Below, piece by piece: positions 25,383-34,284 of a stretch of 64,000 nucleotides of DNA. Within the stretch, counting starts at the first letter, position 1. Each line of letters opens with the position of its first letter. Position numbers and translations under genes: made by a program. The notes under the pieces were generated by a model. That model made no database searches, was not told where the DNA came from, and saw nothing but the letters and a program-made list of their open reading frames with translations. This stretch comes from Candidatus Spyradocola sp. (lineage in GTDB: Bacteria; Bacillota; Clostridia; Christensenellales; UBA1750): contig JBMNOF010000002.1 in assembly GCA_050942925.1 (NCBI GenBank), positions 50,483 through 114,482 on the forward strand. The letters run 5' to 3'.

Positions 25383-26039
25383 TCAGTCTGCATCGCAAAG
25401 GCCGGTGGGGAGCGATTGGGTAACGGCCTGTAGAGCGGCCGCCTGTCCGGCGGGCAGGTCGAGCATGGCCGTCCCGCGGAAGCAGATCTTCCCGGGCAGA
25501 CCGGTCACGTCCTTTCCAAATACCCCGCGCAGGATGCTCAGCGCGATCAGGTAGGACCCCGCGGGCGACGCGTGATGCCGGTCCGGTCCGTATAGATCGA
25601 TTTCTGGGCAGTCCACTGCCGCACGGGCAAAGGCGTCCCCCGCGCGGGCAACAGGCAGGGAAAAGCGCTTGGCCCCCGCCAGCACGGACGGCCGCATGGC
25701 GGAAAGCGGCGGCGTGTCGCAGGGCGACGCAAAGTTCATGTACAGCGCGCATCGGCTCCCGCCTGCCACGCAGAGCGCGTGGATCGCGCCGAGATCGCGC
25801 AGGTAGTCCTCCAAAGGCGGGAAGGCGCTGGTCACTTCCTGCACGAGGACGAGATCCCATCCGCCGTATAACAGGTTGAAGCGCGTCTGCTCGTTCCGCA
25901 GATGGCCGGCAAGGCTCTCCCCGCCGCGCGTGAGCATGGCGATTTCCACCTCTTCCCCGGTCGCGCGCAGGAGCTCCGCGCAAAGATAGGGCATGTCGTT
26001 AAAGTAGGTGTGGCTGTTCCCTAGAAAGAGCAAACGCAT
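25383..26039 (-). CDS. SGNH/GDSL-like hydrolase
   Basis: 218-aa ORF. The N-terminal LFLGNSHTY is block I with the catalytic Ser, and the C-terminal part has DRHHASPAGSYL. RBS is CGGAGGGA. Confidence 0.65.
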   Translation of the reverse strand: MRLLFLGNSHTYFNDMPYLCAELLRATGEEVEIAMLTRGGESLAGHLRNEQTRFNLLYGGWDLVLVQEVTSAFPPLEDYLRDLGAIHALCVAGGSRCALYMNFASPCDTPPLSAMRPSVLAGAKRFSLPVARAGDAFARAAVDCPEIDLYGPDRHHASPAGSYLIALSILRGVFGKDVTGLPGKICFRGTAMLDLPAGQAAALQAVTQSLPTGLCDAD

Positions 26040-26066
26040 GAGATCCCTCCGTTTTTTCGCGCGCCT

Positions 26067-26312
26067 CTACCGCACAAACAGCGAGATGCGGCTCAAAAGG
26101 TCCTTGAGCTGGAGCTTTTGAGCGAGAAGCTGCTGATAGGTGGCGCTCCGGGTTCGATCCGAGGCCCGCAAAGCCTCCAGCTTGTCCAGGACGGAGGCCA
26201 GCTGGGCTTCCAGCGAGTCCTGTAGATCCTCGTATTGCGCAAGGCGACGCAGCGCTTCCTCCGGCGCTGCGCCGGGCAGCAGCGCGCCGCCGGGAGCCGT
26301 CAGGCGCTTCAT
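26067..26312 (-). CDS. small coiled-coil hypothetical protein
   Basis: 81-aa ORF with heptad-like Leu/Gln/Glu-rich sequence. Its ATG overlaps the uxuA stop (ATGA). No recognisable family. Confidence 0.4.
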   Translation of the reverse strand: MKRLTAPGGALLPGAAPEEALRRLAQYEDLQDSLEAQLASVLDKLEALRASDRTRSATYQQLLAQKLQLKDLLSRISLFVR

Positions 26313-27385
26313 GCCTTTTCCCGGTGCTGCACGGTCTGTACCGCATCCACCAGGCCCTTGAGGTACGAGGTGAAGAACGCCTCACACGTGTAGTGCCCGC
26401 CCACCATGTCGATCAGGTGGTCGTTCATGATGCAGCCGTCAAAGCCCACTTCGTCCAAGGCCGAGATGACGTCCGCCAGGTTGTAGTAGCCCGCATCCGG
26501 GAAGGTCTCGTTAAAGCCGCCGGGCGCGGACAGCGGCGCCGTGACGTTGCGAACGTGGAGCTTGAAGAGCTTCTTGCGCTCCGCCAAATAGTGGATGAAC
26601 TCCACCGGCGTGCAGCCCATCAGGTCACCGCCCTCCAGCCAGCAGCCTACGCACAGGCAGACGCCGATGTTGGGGCTGTCCGCGATTTCCAGCGCGCGCT
26701 TGTAGCCCTCAAAGGTTCCGAACACGCAGCGCGGAACGCCCGCCATGGTGTAGACCGGCGGATCGTCCGGGTGAATGCCAATGTAGACGCCCGCCGACTC
26801 CGCCACGGGCACTACCTTTTTGATGAAGTATTCGTAGTTTTCCCAGATCTCGTCCTCCCCAAAGACGCGGCCGTGGGAGAGCGGCCAGTCAAAGGGGCCA
26901 AAGGCGGTGGCGCGGTTGGGCGCGTCAAGGTCGAGTCCGCCGGCGGTCGCACCGCCGCGAACCTCGCGGCGGATGTCGCCGCGCCAGATTCCGTTGCCCA
27001 TGTGCGCATATGTCGCATAGTGGATGCCCGCTTCGCCCAGGTCCGTGATGTATTGCAGATACCGGTCGATCATGCGGTCGCGGTCCGGAAGCCCCAGCGT
27101 CACGGCGGGCATGTTGTGCAGCGCAATGTTTTGCAGGCGGTAAATCTTCAAGCCCCGCTCCTCGAGCTGTTCGCGGACCGCTTTGTAGGTCTTTGCGTTG
27201 TGCTCGGGCACGTCGCCGACCATCACCCAGTCCACACCCATCTGCTTGAGGAAGCGCACGCCCTGCTCGTCAAAGACGTAGCGCCCGTCCGCGCCCAAGC
27301 GGATCTCGCCCTCCATCTTGGTGCCGACCTGTATGCCGGGCTTTTCGTTGTAGTAGCCGGGAATGGTCTTCATCGGGATCGACAT
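26309..27385 (-). CDS. uxuA: mannonate dehydratase
   Basis: 358-aa ORF. VPVAESAGVYIGIHPDDPP...GVPRCV and HLIDMVGG parallel E. coli UxuA blocks (IPVAEEVGVRMAVHPDDPP..., PDHGHQM). Confidence 0.8.
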   Translation of the reverse strand: MSIPMKTIPGYYNEKPGIQVGTKMEGEIRLGADGRYVFDEQGVRFLKQMGVDWVMVGDVPEHNAKTYKAVREQLEERGLKIYRLQNIALHNMPAVTLGLPDRDRMIDRYLQYITDLGEAGIHYATYAHMGNGIWRGDIRREVRGGATAGGLDLDAPNRATAFGPFDWPLSHGRVFGEDEIWENYEYFIKKVVPVAESAGVYIGIHPDDPPVYTMAGVPRCVFGTFEGYKRALEIADSPNIGVCLCVGCWLEGGDLMGCTPVEFIHYLAERKKLFKLHVRNVTAPLSAPGGFNETFPDAGYYNLADVISALDEVGFDGCIMNDHLIDMVGGHYTCEAFFTSYLKGLVDAVQTVQHREKA

Positions 27386-27464
27386 GTTCTGTACCCCCTA
27401 TATTTCATTTTTGTTGGGATGCCTTCATTATAGCGCAGCGCGGCGTCGTCCGCAAGGCGCTCCC

Positions 27465-27839
27465 TCAAAGTCCCTCGCCCAAATCCAAGCCATAGAGCCG
27501 CGCCGCGTCAAGAAGTCCCTGTTCGACTTCCTGCAGGGAGAACCCGCACGCGTGCAGCTGCTCCTCCGGAAGGCGGCGCAGGCGTTCGTAAAAGTCCAGC
27601 GCGGCGAAAAGCCCCTTGGGATCTTCGGGGTCCAGCTCCGCAAAGAGCAGGTTTTCCGCGCCGTTGATGTCCCCCGCCTCCAGGCGCTCGAGCACGCGCG
27701 CGTACCACATCGTGCTGGGGAGTTCGCTGCCCTGCAAAGCGGCCGGGGAGGAGGGTTCCTGCTTCCCAAAGAAAACGCGGCGGATGCCCTGCACCAGGAT
27801 CTCGATCTGCCGGAGAATGTAGTCCTGTTCATAATACAT
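27465..27839 (-). CDS. conserved hypothetical protein (helical; DUF6483-like by memory)
   Basis: The internal ATG at 27839 is preceded by GGAGGCG. The N-terminal MYYEQDYILRQIEILVQGIRRVF resembles a clostridial family of unknown function. Confidence 0.5.
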   Translation of the reverse strand: MYYEQDYILRQIEILVQGIRRVFFGKQEPSSPAALQGSELPSTMWYARVLERLEAGDINGAENLLFAELDPEDPKGLFAALDFYERLRRLPEEQLHACGFSLQEVEQGLLDAARLYGLDLGEGL

Positions 27840-27990
27840 AGAAGCGCCTCCTAAGCGGCAGACGGTGGCCTGCCGTCTCCAGCATAGCATAAGTTTCCCA
27901 AACCGGCCAGAGGATTTTGCGTTGCGCTGTGCGGGGATTTTGTGGTATCATGCGCATATAGGCTTTTTTTCGCTATGGAGGAATTTTGTT

Positions 27991-28536
27991 ATGAAACTCG
28001 TATTCTTTTCTGACTTGCACGGTTCCGCATACTATGCCCGCATGCTTCCCGAAATCGACGCGCGCGAAAAGCCGGAGCGCATCGTGCTGCTGGGCGACCT
28101 GCTCTATCATGGCCCCCGCAACGACCTGCCCCGCGACTATGCCCCCAAGGAGGTCACGGCCATCCTCAATGCGATGAAGAACCGCTTCCTCTGCGTGCGC
28201 GGAAACTGCGACGCGGAGGTCGACCAGATGGTCTTGGACTTCCCCATTGCATCGGATTCCCTGGTCCTGTTTTTGAACGGCCGCATGGCCTTTGTGACCC
28301 ATGGCCATCTGTTCAACACCGAGAATCCGCCCAAGCTCTGCCCGGGCGACCTGCTCATCCACGGCCACACGCATGTCAAGGCGATGGAGCCCTTTGGACA
28401 GGACAACCTCTACCTCAACCCCGGCTCCGCCGCCCTGCCCAAGGATGGGGACGAGCCCAGCTACATGACGTATGAGGACGGCCTGTTTGTCATCAAGACC
28501 CTGGATGGCCGCCCGGTCCGCAGCACGCGCATCTAG
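27991..28536 (+). CDS. YfcE-type metallophosphoesterase
   Basis: The internal ATG at 27991 is preceded by GGAGGAA. SDLHGS, GDLLYHGPRN, GNCD, THGH and GHTH are metal-binding motifs. Confidence 0.8.
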   Translation: MKLVFFSDLHGSAYYARMLPEIDAREKPERIVLLGDLLYHGPRNDLPRDYAPKEVTAILNAMKNRFLCVRGNCDAEVDQMVLDFPIASDSLVLFLNGRMAFVTHGHLFNTENPPKLCPGDLLIHGHTHVKAMEPFGQDNLYLNPGSAALPKDGDEPSYMTYEDGLFVIKTLDGRPVRSTRI

Positions 28537-28578
28537 CGCGGAAAGAGCGGCTTGTGCGCGAAACGAGGAGGTGGCGCA

Positions 28579-30180
28579 ATGTACAAGATCATGCTCGTAG
28601 ACGACGAGGACGAGGTCCGCGAGGGGATTACCGCAACCGTGGACTTTGAGGCGTGCGGGTTCACGCTCTGCGCGCAGGCGACAGGCGCCATTGACGCGAT
28701 CGAAAAGGCGGCGCAGTTTCAGCCAGACGTCGTCTTTACCGACGTGCACATGCCCTACATGGACGGGATGGAGATGATCTCGCGCCTGCAGGAGATGTAC
28801 CCTACAATGAAGTACATCGTGCTTTCGGGCTACGACGACTTTGTCTACGTCAAGCAGGCGCTCCAGCGCCAGGTGTTGGATTACCTGCTCAAGCCCCTCT
28901 CCGCGCAGGGGATCATGAAGGTGCTCTGCCGCGCAAAGGAGCAGCTCGACGAGCAAGCCCGCCAGCGCGTCAATTTGGAGATTCTGCGGGACAAGGTCGC
29001 GCAGAATGCCCAGCAGCTGCGCCGCGGCGTCGTGCTGGAATACCTTTCCGGCAGTTTTCGCGGGGACGCGCACGCGCTGTGCGCGTATCCCCAGCCGGCG
29101 GACGAGCGCATCGCCTTCCCCCTGCGCCTGGCGGTGCTTTCCCTGGAACGCACGGAGGAAAACTTGGAGGTGCTGCGGCGCGACTTCGACAGCCAACCCA
29201 TGCTCTTGGGCGCGTCCGTGGAAGAGGTGCTCTCCGAGGTCTTTAAGCGCAGGCAGGGCGAGTTCATCCAGTACCGGAGCCAGTTCCTTCTGCTCCTGCC
29301 GGCCTCCCAGGAGGAGGCGATCTCCGCCTGCAACGACGCCATTCAGTCCCTGCGCCATTACCTGCACCTGACCGCCACGGCGGGCCTCTCCGACGAGATC
29401 GCAAGCTATTCCGCCCTGAGCGAGGGGTACCAGAAGGCCATGGCCGCCTTGGATAAGCGACTGATCGCCGGCCAGGGCCAGGTCTATACCGCAAATACCA
29501 GCCCCGAAAGCCAGCGCAAGGACCTGGAGCTGGACGCATGGCTCACGCAGGTGACCGCCCTGTGCCGAAGCGGCAGAAAGGAGGAGATCCGGGCGTTCTG
29601 TGGGGAGCTGGCCCAGCGCGTCGCCGACGCCGAAATGGACCCCAGCGAGCGGCAGCTCCTGCTCCTGCAGGTGCTCTCCTCCATCCTGGCTGCGGCGGGG
29701 CGCTCCGGCGTGGACGTCGCGCCGGCGTTCCCCGGCCTGCACATGGAGTGGGTCCTGCGCCCGGCGGACATCACGGCCGGCGTGGAGCAGCTGGGCACGC
29801 TCATGCAGTTCGTTTCCGACGCCGTGCGGCGCGAGGTCGCGACCTCGGGGAGCGAGCTCATCGCCCAGGCCGTGGCCTATACGCAGAGCAACTATGCGGA
29901 CAAGGACCTCTCCCTGGAGTCGCTGTGCGCCCTCTTTCAAATCAGCCAAACCCAGTTTTCCCTGCTCTTTAAGCGGGAAATGGGAACGAGCTTTTTGCAG
30001 TACCTTCTCGACCAGCGGATCGCCGCCGCGCAGAAGCTGTTGCGCGAGACCAACATGAAGATTTACCAGATCGCCGAGGAAACGGGATTTGGCGACGCAA
30101 GCTACTTTAGCTATTGCTTTAAGCAGCGGTGCGGCCTTTCACCCAAGGAGTATAGAATGCAGGGAGGGCGAGGCGGATGA
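28579..30180 (+). CDS. response regulator with AraC-type HTH output (YesN-like)
   Basis: The internal ATG at 28579 is preceded by GAGGAGG. It has a receiver domain (LVDDE...TDVHMPYMDG...LKP) and a C-terminal AraC HTH (GFGDASYFSYCFKQRCGLSPKEYR). Confidence 0.85.
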   Translation: MYKIMLVDDEDEVREGITATVDFEACGFTLCAQATGAIDAIEKAAQFQPDVVFTDVHMPYMDGMEMISRLQEMYPTMKYIVLSGYDDFVYVKQALQRQVLDYLLKPLSAQGIMKVLCRAKEQLDEQARQRVNLEILRDKVAQNAQQLRRGVVLEYLSGSFRGDAHALCAYPQPADERIAFPLRLAVLSLERTEENLEVLRRDFDSQPMLLGASVEEVLSEVFKRRQGEFIQYRSQFLLLLPASQEEAISACNDAIQSLRHYLHLTATAGLSDEIASYSALSEGYQKAMAALDKRLIAGQGQVYTANTSPESQRKDLELDAWLTQVTALCRSGRKEEIRAFCGELAQRVADAEMDPSERQLLLLQVLSSILAAAGRSGVDVAPAFPGLHMEWVLRPADITAGVEQLGTLMQFVSDAVRREVATSGSELIAQAVAYTQSNYADKDLSLESLCALFQISQTQFSLLFKREMGTSFLQYLLDQRIAAAQKLLRETNMKIYQIAEETGFGDASYFSYCFKQRCGLSPKEYRMQGGRGG

Positions 30181-31907
30181 AGGGCGTGTCCATCCGCCTC
30201 GTGCTGTTGCTCACGGTTGTGGGGCTGACGCTGGGCGCTGTGTTCGTCGTCAGCTCCGTCTATTCGGCAACTGCAACGACCATGTTCAACCAGCTGGGCA
30301 TGAGCGAAATGCTGCAGGACATGGACAGCGTGTCCGATAGGATTTCTAAATATGTCAGCAGCGTGCGGCAAGTCGCCTCGGAGGTCGCCAGCGACATTGA
30401 GGAGGAGGAAAACTTCAATGCCGAAAGATTTGCGCGAAGCGTGCGCTTCTACAGCGGAACCTTTGAAGACATCTCCGCGCTGATCCTTCTGGACGAGTAT
30501 GGCAGGCCCATCATGGGCCTGCCCAGCGCCAATTTTAAGGAGACCTGTAACCTTCCGGCGCTGGATTGGTACCGCCAGGCCATGGATGCGGAGATCGGGG
30601 AAATCCTCCTCTCCCGGCCGCACGTGCAGAACCTCTACCAGGACAGCTATCCTTGGGTGATCTCCCTTCTAAGAAAGGTGCGCTACAACCAGGACGGGGA
30701 GCAGAACATCGGAATCCTGATGATCGATATTCGCCTCAAACCTCTGGAGGAGATCTGTCGGTCCGTGGAATTGGGCTCCTCCGGCTGCCCCTACATCCTC
30801 TCCAAGGACGATGAAGTCATCTTTCATCCCGATCAAAAGCTCTTGGCGCTGGAGCTCATCTCCGAGGAGAGCATCCGCACGGAGGATGAGGGGCAGGACG
30901 GGGACGAGAGCCGAATGGTGCTCTCCCAGGAAATCGCCGGCACGGATTGGCGCTTGGTGGGAACCGTCACGGCCGAGGACATCGCAAAGAACTCCTCGGA
31001 GTTCAATTCGCGCATGACCGGGATCGTGGCGGGCCTGGCGATTTTGGTCACGGCTGTGGCCATCTGGCTCTCCATGCAGATCGTCCGCCCCCTGACGGAG
31101 ATGCAGACGAACATGCAGCGCATCGAGCGGAACCTGGACGACAACCGCATCAGCTTGCCCGAGGAAGGGTTTTCGGAATACGCGGCGCTGTCCCACTCCT
31201 ACAATGTCATGCTGCACAAGATCCGCGGCCTCATGCAAGAGACCGTGGACCGGCAGGAGCAGCTGCGCCGCATGGAGATCGGCGCCCTGCAGGAGCAGAT
31301 CAACCCGCATTTCCTCTACAACACGCTGGATTCCATCGTCCGCGTGATGGAGACGGGCCGCACCCCCGAAGCCATCGAGATGGTGCAGGCCCTGGGAAAA
31401 CTCTTCCGCCTTTCCATCAACAACGGCGACTACTTCCTGACCGTCGCGCAGGAAATGGACTATGCCCGCAGCTACCTCACCATCCAGCAGATGCGCTATA
31501 AGAAAAAGTTCCGCTATGAACTGCACATGGACGAGGAAATCCGCGACGCCCTGTGTCCCAAGATCATCCTGCAGCCCTTGATCGAGAACTCCATCAAGCA
31601 CGGCATGAGCGAGATGCCGGGCTGCACGCTCATCGTGCGCGCCATGCAGGACCCGGAGGGGAGGAAGATCCTCTTCACCGTCGAGGACGACGGGCTGGGC
31701 ATTCCCCCGGAGAGGTTAAAGGAGCTGCAGGAGATGCTTCGGGATGACAGCAATGCCATCGTCAAGAAGTCCCGCTTTGGCATCGGCCTGCGCAATACCA
31801 ACCGCCGCATCCACCTGCTCTACGGCGAGGAATACGGCTTGACCATCGAAAGCGAGGTGGAAGAGAGGACATGCGTCACCATCACGTTGCCAAAGCGCTT
31901 GTCCTGA
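30177..31907 (+). CDS. sensor histidine kinase (YesM-type, extracytoplasmic Cache-like domain, HAMP)
   Basis: 576-aa ORF with an ATGA overlap. It has two TM segments flanking a ~270-aa sensor domain, the H-box QINPHFLYNTL, and the ATPase N-box LIENSIKHG and G-box DDGLGI. Confidence 0.85.
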   Translation: MKGVSIRLVLLLTVVGLTLGAVFVVSSVYSATATTMFNQLGMSEMLQDMDSVSDRISKYVSSVRQVASEVASDIEEEENFNAERFARSVRFYSGTFEDISALILLDEYGRPIMGLPSANFKETCNLPALDWYRQAMDAEIGEILLSRPHVQNLYQDSYPWVISLLRKVRYNQDGEQNIGILMIDIRLKPLEEICRSVELGSSGCPYILSKDDEVIFHPDQKLLALELISEESIRTEDEGQDGDESRMVLSQEIAGTDWRLVGTVTAEDIAKNSSEFNSRMTGIVAGLAILVTAVAIWLSMQIVRPLTEMQTNMQRIERNLDDNRISLPEEGFSEYAALSHSYNVMLHKIRGLMQETVDRQEQLRRMEIGALQEQINPHFLYNTLDSIVRVMETGRTPEAIEMVQALGKLFRLSINNGDYFLTVAQEMDYARSYLTIQQMRYKKKFRYELHMDEEIRDALCPKIILQPLIENSIKHGMSEMPGCTLIVRAMQDPEGRKILFTVEDDGLGIPPERLKELQEMLRDDSNAIVKKSRFGIGLRNTNRRIHLLYGEEYGLTIESEVEERTCVTITLPKRLS

Positions 31908-32803
31908 TTCTGCTCTGCCTGCTGGTCGGGTCCGGATGCAGGCAGAACGCCGAGCCCACCCAGATCGCGCTGCTCCTTTCTGACGCGGAGGGCCACTATT
32001 GGGAGAACATCGTCGATGGCGCCAAGACCGCCGCCGAGCGCATGGACATCACCTTGATCTGCTACATGCCGGACGAGGAGGCGGGCGTCCGGCTGGCCAA
32101 CCTCCCGCAGCAGGCCGTTGAGGACGGCGCAGACGCCATCATCGTGGCAAGTCAGGGCCAGGAGGAACTTCTGGAGGCGCTGGAGAATATCTCTTTGCCC
32201 AAGATTGCAGTGGGTGCGCAGGTGGATGGAGCTGTCGCAACCATCCTCAACGACGACGCCCAGATGGGCCAAAGCGCCGCGCAGGCCTTGGCCGTCTCCC
32301 TGTCGGAAGGCGACAGCGTGCTGATCCTGGCCGACAGCGCGGAGTACCGCGAAACGGATTTGCGCGAAAAGAACTTGCGCGACAATCTCGCGGCAAACGG
32401 TGTGACCGTCCGCGGCCGCTTCTTCAGTGGGGACAACCGCGAGTGGGCGTACCGTCAGACCTTGCAGCAGCTCTACCTGTGGCCGGATCTGGACGCAATC
32501 GTCGCCTTCTCCGCAAAAGCCACCGTCGGCGCGGCGCAGGCGGCACAGTACTTGGACCGCGACATCCCCATCGTCGGCACGGACATCGTGACGGAGCTCA
32601 TCGGCTGCGTCGAGGATGGGTCCGTGGATGCGACCATCGTGCGCAATTCCTTTGGCATGGGGTACTTGGGCGTGGAACGCGCGGCCGACGTCTTGGCGGG
32701 CGAGGAGTTTCCCGCCATGCAAACCCTTTCCAGCGTCGTGGTGACGCGCGATAACCTCTTCACCCCGGAGATCGAAAAAATCGTCTTTCCCTATGACGAA
32801 TAA
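31871..32803 (+). CDS. periplasmic-binding-protein (PBP1, sugar-binding) lipoprotein, probable co-sensor
   Basis: 310-aa ORF with the lipobox LLVGSGC. The IALLLSD...DAIIVAS...ILADS...IVGTD layout is typical of ribose/LacI-type binding proteins. It overlaps the kinase gene by 37 nt. Confidence 0.7.
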   Translation: MRHHHVAKALVLILLCLLVGSGCRQNAEPTQIALLLSDAEGHYWENIVDGAKTAAERMDITLICYMPDEEAGVRLANLPQQAVEDGADAIIVASQGQEELLEALENISLPKIAVGAQVDGAVATILNDDAQMGQSAAQALAVSLSEGDSVLILADSAEYRETDLREKNLRDNLAANGVTVRGRFFSGDNREWAYRQTLQQLYLWPDLDAIVAFSAKATVGAAQAAQYLDRDIPIVGTDIVTELIGCVEDGSVDATIVRNSFGMGYLGVERAADVLAGEEFPAMQTLSSVVVTRDNLFTPEIEKIVFPYDE

Positions 32804-32824
32804 AGAAAAAGGAAGGTAGAAACC

Positions 32825-34147
32825 ATGGCTCTTCAGACCAATCCCAACCTCAATTCGCAGATCATCTACGAATTGAGCGTGTACAACCACACGGAAACCC
32901 ATGACTTTGCCGGCATCATCCGGGACCTGGACCGCATTCGCAGCCTGGGCGTGGACGTCGTCTGGCTCATGCCCATCCATCCCCGCGGAGAGAAGATGCG
33001 CTTTGGCATCTGCGGCTCGCCCTATTCTGTGCGGGATTTCCGCGCCATCAACCCCACGTATGGCACGGAGGAGGACTTTGACCGCCTGGTGCGCGAGGTC
33101 CATGCCCGCGGCATGAAGCTCATGCTCGACATCGTCTACAACCACACCTCCCAGGATTCCGTCCTTGCCGTGGAGCATCCCGAGTACTTCTACCAGGGCC
33201 CAGACGGCAAGCCCATGTACCGCTTCTGGAACGACGTCTACGACCTCGACTACCGCAATGCGGATTTGTGCCGGTACATGGTGGAGACGGCCTTGCTCTG
33301 GGCCAAGCGCGGCGTCGACGGCTACCGCTGCGACGTGGCGCCCATGGTGCCCATCTCCTTCTGGATGCAGGCGCGCGCGGCCATGGACGAGATCAACCCC
33401 GACTTCATCTGGCTGGCCGAGACGCACCACTATCCCTTCCTGGTCAACATGCGCGACCGCGGCTGGAACGTCCACGCCGATGCGGAGATGTATCAGGCCT
33501 TTGACATCACCTATGACTACGACGTGCACTACTTCTACGAGGACTACCTCAAGGGCAAGGGCTCGCTGGAGCAGTACGTCGACGGCCTCAACCGCCAGAA
33601 GGCCATGTATCCCATGAATTACATCAAGATGCGCTTCCTGGAGAACCATGACCAGGCGCGCGTCTGCTCCCTGGTGCACACGGACGAGCAGCTGCGCATG
33701 TGGACGGCCTTCTCCTACTTCCTCAAGGGTCCGGTGCTCATCCATGCCGGACAGGAGTTCAAGGCCGAAACGCGCACGAACTTCTCCGGCCCGGACGTCA
33801 TCGCCCGCCAGGAGGTCCCGTGGCTCTCCGAGCTCTTTGCCAAGCTCCGTCAGGTGAAAAAGCTCCCCATCGCCACAAACGGCACCTTCTTCCTCGAAAA
33901 GCCCGCACAGGACAGCCTGCTCGTCGGCCGCTATGAGTGGAAGGACGAGCTGCTCATCGGCGCGTTCAATTTCCACATGGTCTCCGGCGAGATCCAGCTG
34001 CCCTTGGCAGACGGCCAGTACGAAAATCTCCTCGGCGGCACCGTCACCGTCAAGGACGGCCGGACCGCTGCCCCCCTGACGCCCATCCTTCTGCACGTCC
34101 AGGGTCAGCGCCATGCCCAGGCCGCCTTTAAGGAGCACGAGGGCTGA
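32825..34147 (+). CDS. alpha-amylase family (GH13) enzyme, cytoplasmic
   Basis: 440-aa ORF. GH13 conserved regions are present: DIVYNHTS (I), GVDGYRCDVA (II), IWLAETH (III) and FLENHDQ (IV). RBS is AAAAGGAAGG. Confidence 0.85.
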   Translation: MALQTNPNLNSQIIYELSVYNHTETHDFAGIIRDLDRIRSLGVDVVWLMPIHPRGEKMRFGICGSPYSVRDFRAINPTYGTEEDFDRLVREVHARGMKLMLDIVYNHTSQDSVLAVEHPEYFYQGPDGKPMYRFWNDVYDLDYRNADLCRYMVETALLWAKRGVDGYRCDVAPMVPISFWMQARAAMDEINPDFIWLAETHHYPFLVNMRDRGWNVHADAEMYQAFDITYDYDVHYFYEDYLKGKGSLEQYVDGLNRQKAMYPMNYIKMRFLENHDQARVCSLVHTDEQLRMWTAFSYFLKGPVLIHAGQEFKAETRTNFSGPDVIARQEVPWLSELFAKLRQVKKLPIATNGTFFLEKPAQDSLLVGRYEWKDELLIGAFNFHMVSGEIQLPLADGQYENLLGGTVTVKDGRTAAPLTPILLHVQGQRHAQAAFKEHEG

Positions 34148-34171
34148 TTCTTTCAAAACCCATTCACCCTG

Positions 34172-34198
34172 TTAGCACTCGGCTGAGCCGAGTGCTAA
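34172..34198. promoter_or_regulatory. CIRCE element (HrcA operator), perfect consensus
   Basis: TTAGCACTC-GGCTGAGCC-GAGTGCTAA exactly matches TTAGCACTC-N9-GAGTGCTAA. It lies 8 nt upstream of the htpG -35 and is followed by ATTTTTC, so it could also terminate the GH13 transcript. Confidence 0.85.
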
Positions 34199-34205
34199 AT
34201 TTTTC

Positions 34206-34233
34206 TTGACTTCTTTTTCTGCCGTGCTATAAT
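34206..34233 (+). promoter_or_regulatory. sigma-70-type promoter of htpG
   Basis: TTGACT (34206-34211), 16-nt spacer, TGC-TATAAT (34228-34233, extended -10). Confidence 0.6.
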
Positions 34234-34284
34234 ATAACTTGTAATGGAATTTATATAATTTCAGCTACGGAGGACTGAACAAGC

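Noticed and set aside
27973-29949. 658-aa minus-strand ORF
   Set aside because: It is antisense to the YfcE-type phosphoesterase and response regulator genes, which carry clear motifs. It is a shadow ORF.
34172-34205. Hairpin after the GH13 gene first read as a plain intrinsic terminator
   Set aside because: The arms are exactly the CIRCE consensus TTAGCACTC / GAGTGCTAA with a 9-nt spacer, so the primary call is an HrcA operator. A terminator role is kept only as a secondary possibility.
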